Shown: piece after piece, positions 55,519 through 64,000 of the stretch
Numbering within the stretch: the stretch's first letter is position 1
How the letters are laid out: the number at the start of each line of letters is the position of its first letter
Assembly: GCA_030141605.1 (NCBI GenBank)
Contig: JAQGDQ010000382.1
Location: forward strand, 1-64,000
DNA from: Tubiluchus corallicola
Taxonomy: Eukaryota > Animalia > Priapulida
Direction of reading: 5' to 3'
Length of the DNA stretch: 64,000 nt
The notes under the pieces: generated by a model
Seen by the model: only the letters and a program-made list of their open reading frames with translations
Told to the model about the DNA's origin: nothing
The model's database searches: none
Position numbers and translations under genes: made by a program

Positions 55519-57612
55519 GCGTATTCTGTAAACAGAAAGATATCATTACATGCTAAGCAAACGAATGTAAAATACACCTACATATATAGTGCGATAATTG
55601 GCACCTTCAAAGCTAAACAAACCATTCAATGCTTTCATAAGACCATGTCTTCAGTAATTAATGACGACTGTCTTCTCTGAATGCACGAAACAAGATGTTT
55701 TTTCACAATCGGGCCTTCACAACGCAAGACGAAAAAACATATAGTGTACGTACGGAGTACGTGTGTACGGAGGTGAAATTGGTGGCATTTTCACTATAGA
55801 TGCGATGTAATTAGAGTAAGTGGAAACTGTAGAGAAATATTTGACTTTAAACAAAACGAAAGTGTAAAACTATTTAAATGTTTTATTGTAGTGCCATGCT
55901 AGAAAATTTTTGATTGAGAGTCGAAAATTGACGTTTTTAAGAAGAATCCAAAATTTCTAATCACTTGTTATACCAAAATGCTGTATTTTATGACTGACTC
56001 AGATGTTGATTTAAGAATAAAGTATGATTGGAGATTTTGCTTTAATTTTAATATGAAAGGAAAAGTTTGAAAACCATTTTATGAATGTGTAAGCAACTAC
56101 ATGTAGCATGATGGCGATATGTAATCTTTTGCTTCTTAATTACTAACAAAAATTGTTTTTATTGTATTAATTATTTGTACTAAAACTACATTGCTGTATA
56201 AACTTTTTATAACGAATAAAAGATTAATAATAATAATAGTCGAAATTCACATATTTGCTTGTCAGGCGAAAATTATAGCAAGTATGTATTCTACAAGCCA
56301 AATATCTACTTTTTTGGATAGATATACTCAAACTACTGTTCAATATAAACGCGTGAAACGTATTTTAATATTTTCAAATCAGTCGTTATACGTAGTGTTG
56401 CTATACCTGAATGTAGTGTTGCTATACCTGAATGTAGTGTTGCTATACCTGAATGTATGATAGATTATTCAATGTCCTGTTAGACTGTTGATCAGTATTT
56501 GTCCAAAAACAAGGAATTCTTATCAAATAATTTCGCTCGTCAAAATTTTGTCAATTATCGAAATTTAATCTTTAACTAATTTTTGTGCGATTAAAGCGGT
56601 GTTTGCAAGACATTCGAAATGCGTTATGCGTAATTGCGTATAAAGCTGCGTAAAAACAACCAACAGGAATAAATGCAGAAAAACGCAATAACGCAGGTCT
56701 GATATTCGGGTTCATTGAAAACAATATAACAATATATATTTTTACGCAAAAACAACGACACCGTTCCGGATGTCTGATAAACACGACTTAAGTCTTGATA
56801 AAAAACTTTGTGAGTCAGTCAGTAGTCAGTCAGTTGACACAGACTTTTGCAAAGTCACCTTCGGAAGTAAAGGTTATAAGACTAGAAGATCAACAGTGAC
56901 TGTATATAATAACTACAATGGGGTTTACAAAGCCATAACCTATTTGAAATAAACAGAAATTATTGAAATAAACAAAAATTCAAGCAGTTTAGTGTTGAGG
57001 ACAGTTCGTTAAACGGTCCGGAATAGGGCATTATAGTTTACTCGGATTTTAGGTCTGATAAATACTGTTTCGAACAAATACAATTTTCCGATGTTTTCCT
57101 AAATTCACTGCTGTAGAGGTTGACTCGCAATCCTTTAGTGGGGGCGTACAAATCTTATAGGGCTTGAGTAGTGCACCCTGTCGGGGAAACTAACATAAAA
57201 CAGTCTTTGATTTATCAGAGCGTGATTTTTACTTGACTTTTATTCGTCAACAAAACCTACATTAGACAACATACGTTATTTTGGCAGAGTAGAATTTTTA
57301 AATTTGCAACAGCTGGAACTTAGGAGATGGCTTAAGTGATTTGAATTTCGGCACTTTTTCGACTTACGTCTGGGTAGTGTTTTCGAGGGCAGCCTACAGA
57401 CATTTCTTTAGTCGTTGTAGTTTTACAACAGAGAGATGAATATCTGGAAGCCAGTCACCTGAGCCGTTATCAATAATTCCCCACGAACTTTCTCTGCTAA
57501 GCTAGAGTTTAATGACGTGCCGTAACTGGTTTGATTTATATCTAAAGTATTTCTGAAAATAATTTTCATGTTTTTCCTATTAAATTAAATTCAATTCAAT
57601 TCAATGAAATTA

Positions 57613-57940
57613 GAAAAAACAGCCAGCTCCCCCTTAAACAAAGACATGGCTTTTATTCAGACACAAACATCTGCAATGTTTCGACTAGTTATGGTCACGT
57701 TCATACAACAATCTACCTAAATACAAATACAGGGTAGAAAAATACAAAAATGAACAGTGTCACAAACAAACAAGATAAATATTAAATTGTTAACTTATAG
57801 ATCGTGTGCGCAAAGCCAAATGACAGAAAAAGATAAAGTTATGTTACTCCAGCACAATTCATTCTGTTCGAAACATTGCAGACGTTTGTGTCTGAATAAA
57901 AGGAATGTCTTTGCTTAAGTAGGTGCTGGTTGTTATTTTC
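57613..57940. mobile_element. Inverted ~72-bp repeats resembling Penelope-like element termini
   Basis: 57613-57684 is the reverse complement of 57868-57940 (tcgaaacattgcaga(c/t)gtttgtgtctgaataaaag). The left copy extends into a decayed hammerhead-like core on the minus strand. Confidence 0.55.
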
Positions 57941-59399
57941 TTTTCAAGAATTCGTTTTCCCCATTACCAATCAGTTTCCAAATTAAATTAATTTAAATTA
58001 AATTAAATGAGGTGAAATGAAATGAGATGAGAGGAAAGGATAGAAGAGGAGAGGAGAGGAGAGGAAAGGAAAGGAAAGGAGACGAGACGAGACGAGATGA
58101 AATGAAATGAAGTGAAATTAAACACAACTTAACGTAACCGTTTCTCTATTAATGCTTCTTTTGACATCAGCCTATTGAAAATTTCTAATTTTTTTTACCT
58201 CTGCTTTGTCTTTGTCCCACCATTGGTAATGTTTTCTGTTATTTCTCTTGTTTCCCGAGCTTTACTCCTGTTTGAATTTTGAAACAGGCTGGTTACACAA
58301 AAATTTGACCAAAATTCATCAGTGACATAATTTTCCATATAGTAGCAACGAGTTTGGCCTTTTTGTCGTTTCCTAGTTTCAAAACTAAACCAGCAAGTTA
58401 AGTTATTAAAATTTGTTATTACGTTACCTGCCTGCAATTCGTCTATATTTGCTAAGAATTATTTTACTCGCTGATTACATTAAATTACAATAAACGAAAT
58501 GAAATGATACAATGAATGAAGCTTGAAATTAACTTGGTGCTCGAAACTTGAATCCTGTTGACAAAGAACCACATTTTGTTTAGTTATAAAACCAAAAGGG
58601 CATCTAGCAAATTTGAAAGAATCGGAATTGATGGCGAAATGAGACAATCGTCATCTGCAAACATACGATTATAGTTAATTATTCAATTTATTGAGATCTG
58701 AATCATTATTATAAAAATATACAAAATATCTCTCCTACAAAATTGTCATTTGAAAAATAATAAAGTTTAATTTTCCTGTTTTGCATTTTAAGCTCCACAC
58801 TGAATAGCTGCTGTAAACATTAATTAAAATAACGCATTTTAATTGTATGCAGATACTTTTCAGCTTATTCTAAAAAGCTTATTAGATTTGTAAGATAGAT
58901 AAAGCAAAAGCACATTACTGTAATTGTATTATTTGTAAAAACGTGTAAAAATAGTAAACTGTTTAACCTTAAGCTCTACTGTTTATTTTACACCCAAGTG
59001 TTGGGATGTTTTTGTGTGATGTGAGATTCCTTGTCTACATTGTATCGTATATTGTATTGAGTTGTACGTCAATAAACTCAATTATTATTACATACAAGGT
59101 TGAGGTGTCAGTCAACAATATGTTAAAAGATATCAAATAATTATTAGCAACCAGTCATATACACTAAGTCGCAAAATAATCTAGAAAAAATTAATGTGTT
59201 TAGTATAATAGAATCTAAAACAGCTATATTTTTGGATAGCAATATAACTCAAGAGAACGCAGATAACACAATCTATCAAAAAATAGCTTCAACAACCCAC
59301 TACAAATGCTTCAAAAGGCTTTTTTAGAGTTCTCCTTTGAGCTGCATTGTCAGTCACGTGGATTAAGCAACAAATAATGAAAATGATTAGCGAATTTAC

Positions 59400-59660
59400 C
59401 TTGCAAAACCACAACTTCCGATTTATAATCGCACCTTGCTTTAGAGTCAAATGATATAATATGCACTTGGATTCATTTACAAAATTTTTACTGCGCTGCG
59501 TAAAAAAACTGCAGTTAAAACTTTCATAACTATAGGTATTAACCGCTTTCTCAAGTTTGCAACAATTGCCTGTATATTTTTGTCAGCGTCTAGTCAAACA
59601 TTTGCACAATCTGTAGCAGACCGCAATTAATACCTGAAACGTGTCGCAGCGCATGCGCGA
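59400..59660 (-). promoter_or_regulatory. Candidate promoter and non-coding first exon of the dopamine receptor
   Basis: Minus-strand donor CAAG|GTAAAT at 59400/59399; palindromic GCGCATGCGC (NRF1/Ewg-type site) at 59649-59658 in a locally CpG-rich patch. Inference only. Confidence 0.35.
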
Positions 59661-60699
59661 GGAGAGTGAAGCCGCGTTGAGATAATAATTACTGCATTCA
59701 CGCAATTATCGCATCCGTTAATAATAAGGTTTCAAGTGAATAAAGAAATATCGCGCTACAATAAAAGTTACTGACATTGAGAAGAAATACATAACTTGCC
59801 TAGAAAAAAATGTGCGGATTTGAAGTCTCACTAATTGTGTTAAATACTACCTTTATTTCGTTCTATCGTGCTGGTAGAAGCATCAAAATGTGTTTTATTA
59901 ATAATAATAAACCCAAAAATTGAAAGAGAAGCTTCTTTTATTATAAATTCGCAACTAAATCTCTAATGTTTATAAGTAATTCTTGTTAGATATTATATAC
60001 GAATGTAATGTGTATATTGTGATAATTTTGTCTGACGTTTATTATGTATTTTACTTATTATAATGTCCCCGTGTACTGTGTTATGCATTATGTGTATATT
60101 GTAATAAATGGATATAGTTTTTTCTTGCGTTTATTATGTATTTTACATATTATATTGTACCTCGGTATTGTATTATGTATTATACGTATATTGTAATAAA
60201 TGGATATACGTTTTATCTTACGTTTATTATGTGTTTTACTTATCGTATGGTGTCTATGTATAGTACTGTGAACCTATTGTATCTATGTATGTGATTGCTT
60301 GTAGTTTTAATTTTTATACACTAGTAGTTTATAGTTTTGCACCAGACGCATTTGCCTTTAACAGTGTTTTTGGTATTAAAAATATTTTTAAACCGGAGAT
60401 TGTAATTTTATTGTATTATATTTTGTGGCAAATAAAGCATATGTGTAAATGCATATTTATGTATACAAATAAGATTGTTTGATGTTCTTTATCATACTTA
60501 CCCACAAGAAAAGGCCTAAGAGTAATCTGAAACAGCTACCTCCAGATGCCTGTTGAAATAACATTGTAAACTTATCAACTTTTCCTGCACACAGTAATGT
60601 TGCTTTTTAAATATTAATTTTATTTCCGCCAAAATTTACACTAACTTGTTTAAGTTAAAGGGAAACCGGGTGATTGTGTAAACACGCGTTCAGAATAAA

Positions 60700-61180
60700 A
60701 AATGCTCTAAAATATTGAAAACTACAATGGCTTATTTTAAATCAAAGCTTAGATTAAATAATAATTACCTCGGATGCTCAAATTTCGTTAAACTTTCAAA
60801 GCTACGCGCGGTCCAGTGAATCTACTAAGATTGGCAGCGGCGTCTTTTTGTCACATGAGCGTGGCCGACAAATAGAAGGCGGTACCGTGATAACCATGAT
60901 CATGAACTGCAGTGTTAGTTTCATGACGTCAAATAATGTAAAGCCCATTTTTCGTGACATCATGCGTTTAAGCAGTACTGTAAACGTGCAAACGTGCTTG
61001 ACGCGCAAGAGAAGACGCCTGCCATTGCACAAACTGTGGTTAGTTTCTGACGTAAGCAATAGCTGTGTTCGGTTGCCGTTAATTAACTTTCGAAACTAAT
61101 TATTCAAATATAAAGAACAATTGGTAACTTTTGTAGGCAAGAAAATGTATATTTTGGACTGTAAATTAAATGAGATTGAG
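60700..61180 (+). mobile_element. Interspersed repeat, direct sister of 24420-24880
   Basis: Extended direct similarity with a common right boundary at tgagattgag. Confidence 0.85.
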
Positions 61181-61586
61181 CCTAACAAACCTCCGTTTTT
61201 TTAACTCAGTAGGTTAAGTCATTTCGGATTTACCAAAATATAAATTGCCTATCTCAATTGTAATATAGATTGAAAAGCCAGGTAATTAGCACTCCAACTT
61301 CTATTTCACAAACTGCAATCAGTTAAAGACTCAGGTAACCCGATTATTTTACCTATTTTTCACGAATTGAAAACTAGTAATTTGTAATCACATACTCTTC
61401 ACGTTTGGGTTAAACGTAGAGTATAATTGCAACTTTGGGTTTAGCGTCGAACATTAATTGCTGCTTTAGATTTAGCCCAAAATTACTTATAATTAGCGCA
61501 CTTTACCATGGAGCTTCAATAACTGCAGATTGGGGAAAATTAATGAAATTAGTTGTTCAGACGACTAAAACGACGTTTATGTACAA

Positions 61587-61777
61587 TAGGGATGCAGATG
61601 CGGATGCGGATGCGTTTTGGAGTGCGGAATTGATAAAATGGGTTTACGCTCTTTTCAATGCACCCGTTTATGCATGCTTCGTAGCATTATTATTTTTCTG
61701 CAGCTATTTCCCATTGAATTTTTCGGCAGGCTATTCCGCAGCTGTTCTGCGGGTCGAATACGCATCCGCATCTGCAT
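61587..61777. mobile_element. MITE-like element with inverted ATGCAGATGCGGATGCG termini
   Basis: tagggatgcagatgcggatgcg...cgcatccgcatctgcat; the right terminus is degenerate and no TSD was seen. Confidence 0.55.
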
Positions 61778-62303
61778 TTTTTTTCCTTATTTTTTTCCGT
61801 CTTGCATTATTTATACGAGACTTTGTAAAGGCTTATTGAGAAACAAGATTTATACAACATGGGAAATTTATGAGCTACTTAATGGGAAAAAATTCACAAG
61901 ATTTTGATAAGGTAATATCTTCGAAATCAATCCTCTGCAAGCAGCAAATTGAATAGAAACCTTACTACCGTTAACTCTTTACGCTGAATAAACCTTGAAG
62001 AGGCAGGAACTCCTTCATGTGCGTACAGCTATTAGCAGCCTTTTGGCGATTAAAGAGTTCAAAAATGTTAAACGATAGGAGAGTCACATACAGTCCATTA
62101 AATAAAGAAAAGGAATAATGTTACATGTATATATAATATTGACGTGTATCGAACTAAACACTTATATATATATATGCATATGTATACACAAAAGCTGCAA
62201 AATGGTGTTTTGTTATTCTGAAAACATTGAAACTCTAAAGGTTGCCAAAGTATCGATGTATTTTGTCTATTTAGTTATACTTCTGCTGCTTTTAGTGATG
62301 TAA

Positions 62304-63540
62304 CTGCTACTGTTGCCTTGCATCTGGCACTCCTACTACTGCTGTTGCTGTGCTACAGCCGTGCAACTGGCACAATTACTGCTACTGTTGCCTTGCATCT
62401 GGCACTCCTACTACTGCTGTTGCTGTGCTACAGCCGTGCAACTGGCACAATTACTGCTACTGTTGCCTTGCATCTGGCACTCCTACTACTGCTGTTGCTG
62501 TGCTACAGCCGTGCAACTGGCACAATTACTGCTACTGTTGCCTTGCATCTGGCACTCCTACTACTGCTGTTGCTGTGCTACAGCCGTGCAACTGGCACAA
62601 TTACTGCTACTGTTGCCTTGCATCTGGCACTCCTACTACTGCTGTTGCTGTGCTACAGCCGTGCAACTGGCACAATTACTGCTACTGTTGCCTTGCATCT
62701 GGCACTCCTACTACTGCTGTTGCTGTGCTACAGCCACGCAACTGGCACAATTACTGCTACTGTTGCCTTGCATCTGGCACTCCTACTACTGCTGTTGCTG
62801 TGCTACAGCCGTGCAACTGGCACAATTACTGCTACTGTTGCCTTGCATCTGGCACTCCTACTACTGCTGTTGCTGTGCTACAGCCGTGCAACTGGCACAA
62901 TTACTGCTACTGTTGCCTTGCATCTGGCACTCCTACTACTGCTGTTGCTGTGCTACAGCCGTGCAACTGGCACAATTACTGCTAATGTTGCCTTGCATCT
63001 GGCACTCCTACTACTGCTGTTGCTGTGCTACAGCCGTGCAACTGGCACAATTACTGCTACTGTTGCCTTGCATCTGGCACTCCTACTACTGCTGTTGCTG
63101 TGCTACAGCCGTGCAACTGGCACAATTACTGCTACTGTTGCCTTGCATCTGGCACTCCTACTACTGCTGTTGCAGTGCTACAGTCGTGCAACTGGCACAA
63201 TTACTGCTACTGTTGCCTTGCATCTGGCACTCCTACTACTGCTGTTGCTGTGCTACAGCCGTGCAACTGGCACAATTACTGCTACTGTTGCCTTGCATCT
63301 GGCACTCCTACTACTGCTGTTGCTGTGCTACAGCCGTGCAACTGGCACAATTACTGCTAATGTTGCCTTGCATCTGGCACTCCTACTACTGCTGTTGCTG
63401 TGCTACAACCACGCAACTGGCACAATTGCTCCTACTGTTGCCTTGCATCTGGCACTCCTACTACTGCTGTTGCTGTGCTACAACCACGCAACTGGCACAA
63501 TTACTGCTGCTGTTGCCTTGCATCTGGCACTCTTACTGCT
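62304..63540. repeat. Highly homogeneous 75-bp minisatellite, ~16.5 copies
   Basis: Unit ctgctactgttgccttgcatctggcactcctactactgctgttgctgtgctacagccgtgcaactggcacaatta, with few variants. Confidence 0.97.
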
Positions 63541-64000
63541 GCTGCCGCTGTCACTGCTGCTTCTGTTCCCGTTGCTACTGCCACAGTTTCTGTTACATGT
63601 ATTTCGGTTTCTGCTATAGTGTTTTTATTTTGTTGCTGCTGCTGCCGTTACCGTCGCTGTCGCCGCTATCTGTGTGCTGCTGTTGGTGCTATTTCTTTTG
63701 CAGCTGCTGTTTCATTGCTTCGATAATTGGAAAGTTGTTCCAAACTTGTTTCGGCGACATCGAAAGCTCTCATATTGCCACGTTTACTGCAAATTGCTGG
63801 CTTTCACGAGTCTTCCTGCATATGTCGTCAATCGTCATTGCTTGCAATGACAGATTATATCTTGAAAGATCTAGCAGACAGTATACAGTCTCATTGCTGC
63901 AAGTAACTATTTTTTGCTGCTAGCTATGGAAATGTCAGTCAAATTGCAAGGAGATGATTGAGAATCCTGAAAGCTATAACAATATATTTCTGTCTGTAGG

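Noticed and set aside
56392-56457. Three ~21-bp direct repeats as a CRISPR-like array (also 47108-47226 and 62304-63540)
   Set aside because: Head-to-tail tandem repeats without unique spacers, in a eukaryotic context with no cas genes.

Overview
AT-rich, repeat-dense eukaryotic (invertebrate metazoan) genomic DNA with GT-AG introns. Four protein-coding genes can be supported: (1) a GT25/COLGALT-like procollagen galactosyltransferase with an uninterrupted CDS (6509-8272, +), divergent in its C-terminal active-site motifs and lacking a KDEL/RDEL tail; (2) a secreted, Cys-rich pentraxin/LamG-fold protein rebuilt by hand from five exons (10059-16701, -; first coding exon not found); (3) a complete five-exon REEP5/6 (DP1/Yop1) gene (24984-29972, +); (4) an invertebrate D1-like (DOP1/Dop1R1-type) dopamine receptor (54198-55518, -). 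The rest is mobile DNA and simple repeats: a near-perfect ~1 kb palindrome at the window start, two solo LTRs with intact TSDs, non-autonomous Helitrons, hAT and other MITEs, tRNA-derived SINEs, LINE and Tc1 remnants, a Penelope-like inverted terminus, a degenerate TTAGGG array, minisatellites with higher-order structure, and many microsatellites. Most ORF-track entries are repeat artefacts. I found no CRISPR array, rRNA, intact tRNA or clearly new multi-gene system. The best leads are the divergent GT25 paralogue, the atypical pentraxin and the palindrome. All alignments were done by eye; no database was searched.
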